Assembly (NCBI GenBank): GCA_902825795.1
Contig: CADECG010000001.1
Coordinates: 1,476-65,475 of the forward strand
Direction of reading: 5' to 3'
DNA: 64,000 bases
DNA from: an uncultured Bacteroidota bacterium
Lineage (GTDB): Bacteria > Bacteroidota > Bacteroidia > Flavobacteriales_F > PHOS-HE28
Shown here: in pieces, positions 1-8,972 of the stretch
Numbering within the stretch: position 1 is the stretch's first letter
Layout of the letters: the number at the start of each line of letters is the position of its first letter
The notes under the pieces: model-generated
What the model saw: only the letters and a program-made list of their open reading frames with translations
Told to the model about the DNA's origin: nothing
Databases searched by the model: none
Translations under genes and position numbers: made by a program

Positions 1-2288
1 CAGCGCATAATGCCGTAGAGCGTGCCCGCGACCGCAAGAACACACAGCGCAAGGAACCACCACCTGAGCCAGAACGGCGGGAGGATCACGAACTGAAAAG
101 TGGCGCTGGGGCTCCAGGTGCCCTGCCCAAAGCGCACGGCGGCCATGAAGGTGTACTCACCGTGCGGCAGGTTGCTGTAGCTCGCGAAACGTGCCTCGGT
201 CTCCGGAAGCCAATCGGCATCGTAGCCGGCCAACATGTAGCGGAAGCGTATCGCCTCGGGATCATGGAGCGCTACTCCGGAATAATCGAAGGTGAGGTAG
301 TGTTTGCGATGATCCAAGCGTAGGCCGGCCGGTAGACCCGTAATACGGTCAAGGCTGTCGCATTGCCCCTTCCAATCACTGGGCTGAAGGAAGGACCGGA
401 TGCCGCTGATGGAACAAATGGGCAAGGTTGTGTACGGCGGGTTCGCAGTTCGGCGATGATCGTGCATCACCAATCCCGAGGCCGTGCCGATCCACATGCG
501 ATCGTAGTCGTCCAAGTACCCGGCGTTCAAATTGCATTCGGTACCCAGCAGCCCGTCGCGGGTGTTGATATGTTCTATGCTCGCGGCCTGCTTGGGTAAC
601 AAGCGCGGCCTGAAACGATAGATACCATTGTTGGTGCCCGCCCAGCCCGTGCCGTTCCCATCCACGAACAACAGATCAACGTAGTTGCTGCCGGGATCCT
701 CTCCGAGCCGTAAGGAGGTGAAGGTGTTCCCATCCTTGATGGTGATCCCGTTCGCGGTGCCGATCCAGATGCGCCCATCGCCATCCATGGTCAGCGAAAG
801 AACCGTGTTGTCGCAGATCCCATCGGTAGTGCTGTATCGCGTGAAGAGACCATTGCGTGCCGCGAAAAGGCCATCATCGCTGCCCAACCATATAGTGCCT
901 TCCCGATCCTGTATCATGCTGCGCACCGATGAGCCCGGCCCACGTCCACCGGACCGGTGGTGCACCACATCACCGGTACTGTCGATCACCGAAACGCCTT
1001 CCCGCGTACCGCACCAGATGTTGCCTTTCGCGTCCTGCAACAGCGAGAGCACCCGCATGTCAACGAGCGCTGCGTCGCTGTCAGGAAGTACCACGGCACC
1101 ATCCTCAATGCGGCACAGGCCACTGCTGGTGCCGAACCAGTGCCTGCCACTGCGATCCAAAAGACTGCACCAAACGGTATTGTTCGGCAAGCCTTCGAGC
1201 GTGGTGATCATGGCCATGCCATCCCAGCGGCAAACACCACTGCCGTATGTCCCCAACCATAGGTCGCCATTCTTGTCGGCGCTTATTGTCATTACCAGAT
1301 CACTGCACAGACCATCCTTCACGGTGTAGGTCACGAAACGATCGCCGGCGAACCGCAGAAGCCCGCCACCATCGGTGCCGATCCACAACTGGCCATGTCC
1401 GTCTTCAAGTGTGCAATACACGTTGTCATTCGGAAGACCTTGGTGCACGGTGAACGAACGCACTCTGAAGCTGTCCGCGACCACGGGATCCAATCGGTTC
1501 AGCCCGAATTTGGTGCTTGCCCATATGCGGCCCAAGGCATCCACGGTTACACTGCGCACATTGTCTTGAAGAAGACCTTCTTCCTCCGTGAACACATTCA
1601 TTCTTCCATCGGTTCCAATGCGGTACACACCGTCCCCGTATGTGCTCACCCACACCGAGCCATCATGTGCTAATACGGTGGAGCTGACATTCTTCGGTGC
1701 TGGATCACCGAGGGCGACCTGCACGCAATGTCCGGCCTTCCACAACAACAGCCCATCGCGCAAACCGACGTACACACTACCATCCGCTAGCAACAAGAGC
1801 GTTCGCGCGCTGCGCGCGGTATCGGTCGGATAACCCTCCAGCATACCGAAAACACCATTGGCGTATGTGCGCACGCCCGCACCATCCGTAGCGATCAACA
1901 TGCGGCCCGAAGCATCGAACGCCAGTGCCTCGATACGCGCGCCTTCGACTTCTTCCGGAAGATCTATGCGTTCGTGGAGCAACCCCTTTACCCGGACAAG
2001 AGACGCACCCGCCGCCAACCACATGCTGCCATCCGATGCAGCGAGCATGGCCCCCACTTGCGCCTCGGGCAAGCCCTGCTGCACACCATGGTTGGTGAAC
2101 GACCTGCCATCAAAGACACTCGCGCCGCCGATCGTGGCGATCCACAAACGACCATCACGATCGAGCGCCAAGCGGCGCACTTGGCTTTGTGCAAGGCCAT
2201 CTTCCGGTGACCATTGCTCGAAACCATACTGCTGCGCGATCACCGCTGTGGTGACCGACAGCAGGAACGACATGATCAATATCCGCAT
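1..2288 (-). CDS. Sensor protein, partial (C-terminal kinase part lies beyond the window start): signal peptide, two-component-regulator beta-propeller repeats, Y_Y_Y-like domain, TM helix
   Basis: Absent from the ORF track because it has no stop in the window. My translation of the minus strand from ATG 2288-2286 reads MRILIMSFLLSVTTAVIAQQYGFEQWSPEDGLAQSQVRRLALDRDGRLWIAT... Propeller-type units of about 40 aa (..DG.iW.gT..Gl..) recur all along. Near nt 330-60 it reads ..RFRYMLAGYDADWLPETEARFASYSNLPHGEYTF.., followed by the hydrophobic stretch FWLRWWFLALCVLAVAGTLYGI. The start overlaps the stop of the upstream LytTR gene (TGATG). Confidence 0.85.
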   Translation of the reverse strand, partial: MRILIMSFLLSVTTAVIAQQYGFEQWSPEDGLAQSQVRRLALDRDGRLWIATIGGASVFDGRSFTNHGVQQGLPEAQVGAMLAASDGSMWLAAGASLVRVKGLLHERIDLPEEVEGARIEALAFDASGRMLIATDGAGVRTYANGVFGMLEGYPTDTARSARTLLLLADGSVYVGLRDGLLLWKAGHCVQVALGDPAPKNVSSTVLAHDGSVWVSTYGDGVYRIGTDGRMNVFTEEEGLLQDNVRSVTVDALGRIWASTKFGLNRLDPVVADSFRVRSFTVHQGLPNDNVYCTLEDGHGQLWIGTDGGGLLRFAGDRFVTYTVKDGLCSDLVMTISADKNGDLWLGTYGSGVCRWDGMAMITTLEGLPNNTVWCSLLDRSGRHWFGTSSGLCRIEDGAVVLPDSDAALVDMRVLSLLQDAKGNIWCGTREGVSVIDSTGDVVHHRSGGRGPGSSVRSMIQDREGTIWLGSDDGLFAARNGLFTRYSTTDGICDNTVLSLTMDGDGRIWIGTANGITIKDGNTFTSLRLGEDPGSNYVDLLFVDGNGTGWAGTNNGIYRFRPRLLPKQAASIEHINTRDGLLGTECNLNAGYLDDYDRMWIGTASGLVMHDHRRTANPPYTTLPICSISGIRSFLQPSDWKGQCDSLDRITGLPAGLRLDHRKHYLTFDYSGVALHDPEAIRFRYMLAGYDADWLPETEARFASYSNLPHGEYTFMAAVRFGQGTWSPSATFQFVILPPFWLRWWFLALCVLAVAGTLYGIMR

Positions 2289-3043
2289 CAGAACGTGTTG
2301 ATCAGCGCCAAGAAGTCAGGGAGCCTGCGGCGGCTAACGGGGATCAAGGTGCCATTGCTCAATACGGCCATATTGCCTTCTCCGCGACTGAATCCTTTCA
2401 GGTGTTCGAGGTTGATGATGAACGTCTTGTGCACACGGAAGAATTTCTTCGCATCGAGATTCGTTTCGAAGATGCGGATGTGCTTGCTGCTCGTGATCCG
2501 CTTTCCGTCCTTCTGGTGCACCGTGGTGTAGCTATCGCTCGCTTCCAAGTACATGATGTCCTCGTGGCGGATCATGCTCAATCCATCACGGCCGGGTACG
2601 GCGATGCGCGTGCTCAAGGGCGATGCGGGATCGTTCATCAACGCTGCGATCGCACCCGTGGCCTGTTGCTGCACGGCGGGGTCGCCGATGGCGCGCTTCA
2701 TCTTGCTCACCGCACGTTGAAGCTCCTCCGGATCGATCGGTTTCTCCAAGTAGTCCAGCGCGTTCTGTTTGAAGGCTTGCAAGGCGTATTCATCGTATGC
2801 CGTCGTGAAGACCACCAACAGCTCCTTGTCGGCCACAGAGCGCAAGAGCGAGAAGCCATCCTCGCCGGGCATCTTGATGTCAAGGAATAACGCTTCCGGC
2901 TGAAGCTCCTCGATCAATTTGCGGGCCTCCTTCGCATTTCCCGCCTGTCCCACCACCTCCACATCGGGGCAGTGTTCTTCGAGCATCAGGCGAAGGTTCT
3001 CCCGTGCATCGGGCTCATCGTCAACGATCAGTGCGCGCAACAT
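2288..3043 (-). CDS. LytTR-family response regulator (REC + LytTR DNA-binding domain)
   Basis: Track ORF 2288..3214. I trimmed it to the ATG at 3043 (MLRALIVDDEPDARENL...) because the upstream 57 aa are not REC-like. REC motifs are DDEP, LFLDIKMPG and TAYDEYA. The C-terminal LytTR part reads ..FFRVHKTFIINLEHL... Confidence 0.9.
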   Translation of the reverse strand: MLRALIVDDEPDARENLRLMLEEHCPDVEVVGQAGNAKEARKLIEELQPEALFLDIKMPGEDGFSLLRSVADKELLVVFTTAYDEYALQAFKQNALDYLEKPIDPEELQRAVSKMKRAIGDPAVQQQATGAIAALMNDPASPLSTRIAVPGRDGLSMIRHEDIMYLEASDSYTTVHQKDGKRITSSKHIRIFETNLDAKKFFRVHKTFIINLEHLKGFSRGEGNMAVLSNGTLIPVSRRRLPDFLALINTF

Positions 3044-3218
3044 GGTAAAGGGTTTTGGTGCGGAGAAACTAACGGCACAAGCGTACCGGCATGATGGGCC
3101 GAAGGTCGGATCGTTGATGTGATCGAGCGAACGGTGGCTTTCGTCGCTTGGATCGTAGCGACCGGATAACCGGATCCACATGCACGTGAATGGAGAGAAC
3201 CGGTCCGCGATCAAGTCT

Positions 3219-3989
3219 TCACTTCGGCCTTACCGCGGTCAGGAAATCGTCGATACGATCGCGCGCGATCGGCACACGCGTACCGTTGCGGAGCACGGCC
3301 CAGTGGCCATCGTCGCGCAGGTACTCGCGTAGGTGCGACATGTTCACCAAGTGGCTTCGGTGTACGCGCAGGAAGAGCGACGGGTCGAGCAGGTCCTCAT
3401 AGACCTTCAGGGTACGCGTGTCCAGATAACGGCTCCCGTCCAGGAAGTGCAGCACGGTACAATTGCCATCGGCTTCCACATGCGCAATGGTTCGTGGGTC
3501 GAAGAGCTTGATGCCTTTGGCGTGATCCACCGCGATGCGCGGGCCGCGTTCTCCTTCGCGCAGCTCCTGCACCAACGCATCGAGCTGCGTGCGGTAATGT
3601 GCTTGCTCCGCTGGCTGATCGCGTATGGCGGCCATTCGGCGTTCCGCCTTCTCCACCGCAGCACGCAATTCATCGGGATCGATCGGCTTCAATACATAGT
3701 CCACCGCACTGGCGTGGAATGCACGCAACGCATAATCCTTGAACGCCGTAACGAAGACCACCATGAAGCGCGCATCCGGGAGTTTCTCCAACAGGTCCAG
3801 CCCTTCCGTGCCGCTGGGCATGCGGATGTCGAGGAACACGATATCCGGATCGAGCGCCAGGATCAATTCCCTCGCCTTCGGTGCGCTATCGGCCATGCCC
3901 AGCACTTGCACCTGTGGCGCTTCATCCTCCAGCATGATGCGGAGGTTCTCCCTCGCGGGTTCCTCGTCGTCGACAATGATGGCGCGCAT
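3219..3989 (-). CDS. LytTR-family response regulator, tandem paralog of 2288..3043
   Basis: MRAIIVDDEEPARENLRIML.., VFLDIRMP, VTAFKDYA. The C-terminal part FLRVHRSHLVNMSHL is LytTR-like. Confidence 0.9.
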   Translation of the reverse strand: MRAIIVDDEEPARENLRIMLEDEAPQVQVLGMADSAPKARELILALDPDIVFLDIRMPSGTEGLDLLEKLPDARFMVVFVTAFKDYALRAFHASAVDYVLKPIDPDELRAAVEKAERRMAAIRDQPAEQAHYRTQLDALVQELREGERGPRIAVDHAKGIKLFDPRTIAHVEADGNCTVLHFLDGSRYLDTRTLKVYEDLLDPSLFLRVHRSHLVNMSHLREYLRDDGHWAVLRNGTRVPIARDRIDDFLTAVRPK

Positions 3990-4327
3990 CGGTTCTTATT
4001 GGTTGCCAATGTATTCGTGGGAAGAGCCAACTCGCCAGTTGCCCCTCCTTCCACCACCGCTCCTTGCGCTGCGACTTCCGTTGCTCGCTTGGTGTTCGGC
4101 GGATCGGTGATAACGACCCAGCTTTCCGATGCATAACCTAAAAACCCTGTTGTCATGAACACCATCATCACCTTCCGCAGCGATCGCCAGCGTTGGATCT
4201 TCGTTGACCAAGGCAGTTGAGCTGATCGCGCTTGGGCATTGCGGCTGCGCGCCGCAGGCACTCGGCGGCGCTTGGCCGGAGAGCGCTCGTGCGGGTAACG
4301 TACCCCCGGTACCCCTGAACTTCCTAC

Positions 4328-7300
4328 TTGAAAAATGATCTGCACTTAGCCGGATCGCTTCACCCTGTTCTGTCCCCAACTCTTTCTGCTTCTTTCGTCA
4401 ACTCTTTCTCATTCGGTTTTTTCTTCTTCGCGCTGATCGGTGCCTTTGAGATGCGGGCATCGGGCCATCTTCCTCCTGGCCGCACACCTGCTGACCGTCC
4501 GATCAGGGCCGCGGGCTGTGCACCCGCCACCGGCAAAAGCGAACTCGACCTCAACAATGTGCGCGCCCTGATCGAAACGGGTGGCAGCATGTGGCAAATA
4601 CGCGCAAGCGACAAGCCCGCGTACGAGGTGCCCAAGACCAGTGATCGCTCAGGCGCCCATGCCATTTTCGCCGGCTCATTGTGGATGGGCGGCCGTGCAC
4701 CCGACAACCAGCTGAAGTTGGCCGCCGTGACGTACCGCGCGCAAGGCAATGATTTCTGGCCCGGGCCGCTTTCCACTGACGGCAGTGCCGCCGTGGACCA
4801 GGACGTTTGCAGCACATATGACGAGCTCTGGAAAACGCATCGACAAGACGTTCAGCGCCACGAAGCTTATGAGCGCTGCAAACGCGATCCGCTGTGCACT
4901 GAGGCAGTGGAATTCCCCAACTACATCATTCCGCAAGTGTTCTTCGAATGGCCAGCGCTGGGTGATCCGTCGCGCGGCCAATCGCAATTCCTGGCGCCGT
5001 TCATCGACTACGATCAAGATGATGTGTACGACCCGACCATGGGCGATGCTCCTGGCTACGAACTCTCCACCGTCGGCGAATGCCAGAACCGCGATCGCAA
5101 TGCCATTGTGCCGCTTTACGGCGACGAGAACATCTGGTGGATCTTCAACGATAAGGGCAACACCCACACCGAAACCGACGCCGACGCGATCGGTATGGAG
5201 GTGAGGGCGCAAGCCTTTGCGTTCGCAACGAACGACGAGGTGAACAACATGACCTTCTACAACTACCTGCTCATCAACCAAGGAACCCAAACGCTCACCA
5301 ACGCCTTCTTCGGGCAGTGGGTGGATGCTGATGTAGGCTGCGCGAACGACGACTACGTGGGCTGCGATGTGCAACGTGGACTTGCCTATGCCTACAACGG
5401 CGATGCGAACGATGCGGACTGCAATAGCACGCCCGGCTATGGCGATCAAACACCAGCTGTCGGCATCGACTTCTTCGAAGGGCCCTACCAAGACGTCGAC
5501 CACATGGACAACCCACTGGCCACCACGTATGCTGAGGCAGTCGCTGGTAACGGCATCCCCTATAAAGGCCTTGGTATCGGCTACGGCGACGGGATAGTCG
5601 ACAACGAGCGCTACGGCATGCGCGCGTTCATCTATTACAATGGCGGCGCCGACAATGGACAGGGCGACCCGACCGAAGGCGCTGGCTACTACAACTACAT
5701 GCAAGCGAAATGGCTCGACGGGTCGAGCATGTTCTATGGTGGCAGTGGACACTACAGCGACCCGGACGCCGATCAGAACACTCCGACCAACTACATGTTC
5801 CCGGGGGATAGCGATCCCGTGGGCTGGGCAACAGGCGGTGTGGTGCAGCCACCTTGGACGGAAGAGAGCGCGGGGAATTTCCCCGATGATCGCCGATTGT
5901 TCCAGAGTGCTGGTCCGTTCACCCTGGAGCCGGGGGCGTTCAACAACATCACCGTTGGCGTGGTGTGGGCGCGTGCTTCCAGTGGCGGTCCTTTTGCGAG
6001 CGTGCAATTGCTTCGGCAAGCCGATGACAAAGCGCAAGCGTTGTTCGACAACTGCTTCCAGCTACTGGATGGCCCCGATGCACCGCAACTCAGCATGCAA
6101 GAACTGGATCGAGAACTGATCATGTACCTGCGCAATCCGAGCGGCAATAACGTGGGTGAAGGCTACCACCAGGTGGATCCCATCATACCCGAGAGCTATG
6201 TCGGTCCGGATACCATGCCGGTGTTCCCCGACCGGGAGTACCGTTTCCAAGGCTATCAGGTCTTCCAAGTAAAGGATGCCACCGTGAGCATTGATCAGCT
6301 GAAGGACATCAATGTCGCGCGCCTTGTGTTCCAATGCGACCGCCGCGATGGCAATGCACAGTTGGTGAACTACATCAACAACGACCAGATCGGGTTGCCG
6401 GTGCCAATAGAAATGGTGAATGGGGCCGATGTGGGCATCCAACACAGTTTCCGGATCACCGAAGACAAGTTCGCGCAAGGCGATTCGCGGCTCATCAACT
6501 TCAAGACCTACTACTTCATTGCCATCGCTTACGCGCACAACAACTGGTCGGCGTACGATCCCGTGCAGCACACGGGGCAGCCGTTCCGCTACTTGGCCAG
6601 CCGCAAGGACTTCAACGGAGGCGGCATAAAGAGTGTGGCCGCCATACCACACAAGCCAGCGCCGGAGGAGTTTGGCACCGTGCAGCAAGCGCAGTACGGC
6701 GATGAGCCGCCGATCACCCGCCTTGAAGGACAGGGCCACGGCAACCGGCCGATCATGATCGATGTGGCAACGGAGATCGCCATCGTGAACTCTCCCGATG
6801 CCCGTGTGGACGAGGTCACCTATCGGAGCGGTATGGGTCCGGTGCAAGTGAAAGTGATCGATCCTTTGCAATTGCCAGCGGCGCAGTTCGAACTACGCTT
6901 CACCGAGATGACCGATGAAGTCGTGCCACAAGCGCGTTGGATACTGACGAACCTGAATACCGGCGAGAGCATTCCGAGCGATCGCTCGATCGCCGTTGCC
7001 GAGGATCAACTGATCCCGCAGTGGGGATTGAGCGTGTCCATCGAGCAGAGCACGTTCGACACAGTTTACTTCGAATCCAACGGCTTCGCAGGCGATGAGC
7101 GCGAGATCAACATCAAAGCCTTGCAAGGCGAGCTCAGCTTCGAGAACCCTGAGCTCGACTGGTTGACCGGCATTGCGGATACCGACGGTGATGATGTGCT
7201 CAACTGGATCCGCGGAGGATCGGAATGGGGCGTGCCTCCGAACGACATCGGCACATACGCCGACCGTCCAGGCTTCGATATGGACGAGGCGTACGAGCAA

Positions 7301-8419
7301 TTGCTCGGTGGCATGTGGGCGCCTTTCGAATTGTGTGGTGATCATCCCTTCCAGCCGGGCAGCTACGAGGTAACGGGCATCCTCAACACCAGTTTCGACT
7401 TGCGTGATCTACCTGATGTATTGGTCGTCTTCACCCCCGACAAGGACAAGTGGAGCCGTGCGCCCGTGTTCGAAATGCAGGCCGATTCGATGCTGGCCGG
7501 AGGTCTGGAGAAATTGTGGTTGCGCGCGGGCAACAGCGTTGATAAGAGCGGCGTGCCCGATGGCACCGGCACCGGCATGGGCTGGTTCCCGGGCTATGCG
7601 GTCGATATGGGAACAGGCGAACGCTTGAACATCGGTTTCGGCGAAGACAGCTTCCTGAATGGCGACAACGGCAACGACATGCAGTGGAACCCGACCGCAA
7701 CCTTTGCCACCAACTTGGGTGCACCACGGTTCGGTGGGCAGCACTGGATCTATGTGTTCCGCAACGAACGGCGGTTCGACGCGAACCCCGACCGCGTTCC
7801 GCACTACGATGGTGGCGCCTTCATCCAACAGATGATGCAAGGCGGTTCGTTCACCGGTCGGCGTAAAGTGTGGGACGCTATCGCATGGGTGGGTAGCGCG
7901 ATGCTGAACGAAGGCCACACGTTGTTGGAGTGCGAAGCACGCGTGAGGCTGAACGTGGCCCGCGTCTACGAACCCTACGTGCAACCGTATGCCGGGTACG
8001 AACCCGCGATCGAGCCGCAGCTGAACAATGGTGTGAACCTCTACCGCTTCAGCACCACGGACCTCGCCACGCTCACGCAGCAACAGACGACCGCCGAAAG
8101 CGCATTGGACCTGATCGGCATTGTGCCGAACCCGTACTACGCGTTCAGTGGCTATGAAACGAGCCGTCTGGACAACCGTGTCAAGTTCATCAACCTGCCG
8201 CAGGCATGTACCATCAGCATCTTCAATGCGAGCGGAACGTTGGTGCGGAAGTATGGCAAGGACAATGACCTCACGTATCTCGATTGGGACCTCCGGAACA
8301 TGAACAACGTGCCGATCGCCGGTGGCACCTACATCTGCCATATTGAAGCGCCGGGACTTGGCGAGCGTGTGCTGAAATGGTTCGGGGTGATCCGGCCGGT
8401 TGACCTACAGAACTTCTGA
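4328..8419 (+). CDS. Large secreted protein of unknown function with a C-terminal T9SS-CTD/FlgD-Ig-like beta-sandwich; paralog of 8973..10772. True start uncertain.
   Basis: Uninterrupted 1363-aa ORF. From ELDLNNVRALIE.. (nt ~4541) it aligns by eye with the neighbouring gene through shared blocks: FEVP, LW(M/I)GG, FWPGPL, WPA(L/I)GD, IFNDKG, INQGT.TL.N, DDYVGCDV.R.L.YAYNG. The C-terminus reads ..IVPNPYY..ISIFNASGTLVRKY..WDLRN..GGTYICHIEA... The first ~70 codons are T-rich and look non-coding (see findings). Confidence 0.85.
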   Translation: MKNDLHLAGSLHPVLSPTLSASFVNSFSFGFFFFALIGAFEMRASGHLPPGRTPADRPIRAAGCAPATGKSELDLNNVRALIETGGSMWQIRASDKPAYEVPKTSDRSGAHAIFAGSLWMGGRAPDNQLKLAAVTYRAQGNDFWPGPLSTDGSAAVDQDVCSTYDELWKTHRQDVQRHEAYERCKRDPLCTEAVEFPNYIIPQVFFEWPALGDPSRGQSQFLAPFIDYDQDDVYDPTMGDAPGYELSTVGECQNRDRNAIVPLYGDENIWWIFNDKGNTHTETDADAIGMEVRAQAFAFATNDEVNNMTFYNYLLINQGTQTLTNAFFGQWVDADVGCANDDYVGCDVQRGLAYAYNGDANDADCNSTPGYGDQTPAVGIDFFEGPYQDVDHMDNPLATTYAEAVAGNGIPYKGLGIGYGDGIVDNERYGMRAFIYYNGGADNGQGDPTEGAGYYNYMQAKWLDGSSMFYGGSGHYSDPDADQNTPTNYMFPGDSDPVGWATGGVVQPPWTEESAGNFPDDRRLFQSAGPFTLEPGAFNNITVGVVWARASSGGPFASVQLLRQADDKAQALFDNCFQLLDGPDAPQLSMQELDRELIMYLRNPSGNNVGEGYHQVDPIIPESYVGPDTMPVFPDREYRFQGYQVFQVKDATVSIDQLKDINVARLVFQCDRRDGNAQLVNYINNDQIGLPVPIEMVNGADVGIQHSFRITEDKFAQGDSRLINFKTYYFIAIAYAHNNWSAYDPVQHTGQPFRYLASRKDFNGGGIKSVAAIPHKPAPEEFGTVQQAQYGDEPPITRLEGQGHGNRPIMIDVATEIAIVNSPDARVDEVTYRSGMGPVQVKVIDPLQLPAAQFELRFTEMTDEVVPQARWILTNLNTGESIPSDRSIAVAEDQLIPQWGLSVSIEQSTFDTVYFESNGFAGDEREINIKALQGELSFENPELDWLTGIADTDGDDVLNWIRGGSEWGVPPNDIGTYADRPGFDMDEAYEQLLGGMWAPFELCGDHPFQPGSYEVTGILNTSFDLRDLPDVLVVFTPDKDKWSRAPVFEMQADSMLAGGLEKLWLRAGNSVDKSGVPDGTGTGMGWFPGYAVDMGTGERLNIGFGEDSFLNGDNGNDMQWNPTATFATNLGAPRFGGQHWIYVFRNERRFDANPDRVPHYDGGAFIQQMMQGGSFTGRRKVWDAIAWVGSAMLNEGHTLLECEARVRLNVARVYEPYVQPYAGYEPAIEPQLNNGVNLYRFSTTDLATLTQQQTTAESALDLIGIVPNPYYAFSGYETSRLDNRVKFINLPQACTISIFNASGTLVRKYGKDNDLTYLDWDLRNMNNVPIAGGTYICHIEAPGLGERVLKWFGVIRPVDLQNF

Positions 8420-8557
8420 GGAACCTCACACTGCTCTCTCCCAGGGAGAGGGGGCGGACGTTCGATCCGGGTGCCTGCGCGACACGTCTCCGGGCACCCG
8501 GCCATCGCGAAACCCTATGCTGTGGTTATGCCGTAGAAGCGGGCAAACCACGGCCAA

Positions 8558-8818
8558 ATGGAACCGAACACGAACCCTACTGCAGGACTGCGCTTCGAGC
8601 AGCATGGCGACATGCTCACATTGCGCTATACCCCGAACAGCGGAGAAGCCTTGTTCGATATCTGTGACCAGGCCGGACACATCCTCAAGAGCGGCGGAAT
8701 CACCGGATTGGAAACGCGCATTCGCATCGCTGAACTGATGGGCGAAGAGCTGTATGTGATGATCCTGGACGGTGACGAAAGCACCGTGAAGCCCTTGCAC
8801 TTGGCGAAAGCCTCGTAA
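8558..8818 (+). CDS. Small hypothetical protein (86 aa) resembling a free-standing T9SS CTD-like beta-sandwich
   Basis: ORF with GC-rich third codon positions, followed by its own strong terminator. The pattern ..EALFDICDQAGHILKSGGITGLETRIRIAELMGEELYVMILDG..VKPLHLAK mimics the CTD consensus (..I.D..G..v......e..idls.L..G.Y.v.i....). Confidence 0.6.
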   Translation: MEPNTNPTAGLRFEQHGDMLTLRYTPNSGEALFDICDQAGHILKSGGITGLETRIRIAELMGEELYVMILDGDESTVKPLHLAKAS

Positions 8819-8837
8819 CGAACACCGATCACATTGC

Positions 8838-8863
8838 GAACGGCATCCTGCGGGATGCCGTTC
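8838..8863 (+). terminator. Rho-independent terminator after the 86-aa ORF
   Basis: GAACGGCATCC-tgcg-GGATGCCGTTC: a perfect 11-bp stem with a 4-nt loop, followed by TTCTTGTT. Confidence 0.7.
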
Positions 8864-8972
8864 TTGTTCCCGGCGGTTACTACCGCTTGCTTGGTCATGT
8901 ACGCCACTGCTCGCGTCAAGTGCACGCATCCAAGTGGCTGGGGTTAGGTTGGATGCACAAACCCGTTGCACC

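Noticed and set aside
685-2301. Several 60-214-aa plus-strand ORFs at the window start.
   Set aside because: The minus strand here encodes an uninterrupted beta-propeller/Y_Y_Y sensor, missing from the track only because it has no stop in the window. The plus-strand ORFs are Ser/Pro/Arg-rich noise.
4328-4450. The annotated N-terminal 41 codons of the 1363-aa ORF (MKNDLHLAG...FFFFALIGAFE) as a genuine signal anchor.
   Set aside because: The codons are T-rich at third positions, unlike the rest of the gene. There is no positively charged n-region, and a much better signal peptide is encoded nearby in another frame.
4676-6037. 453-aa minus-strand ORF, together with 6062..6871, 7409..8341 and other long antisense ORFs inside 4328..8419.
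   Set aside because: They lie entirely antisense to a gene with strong paralog support. Their composition is Arg/His/Val/Ala-rich, as expected for the opposite strand of high-GC coding DNA, and they carry no motifs.
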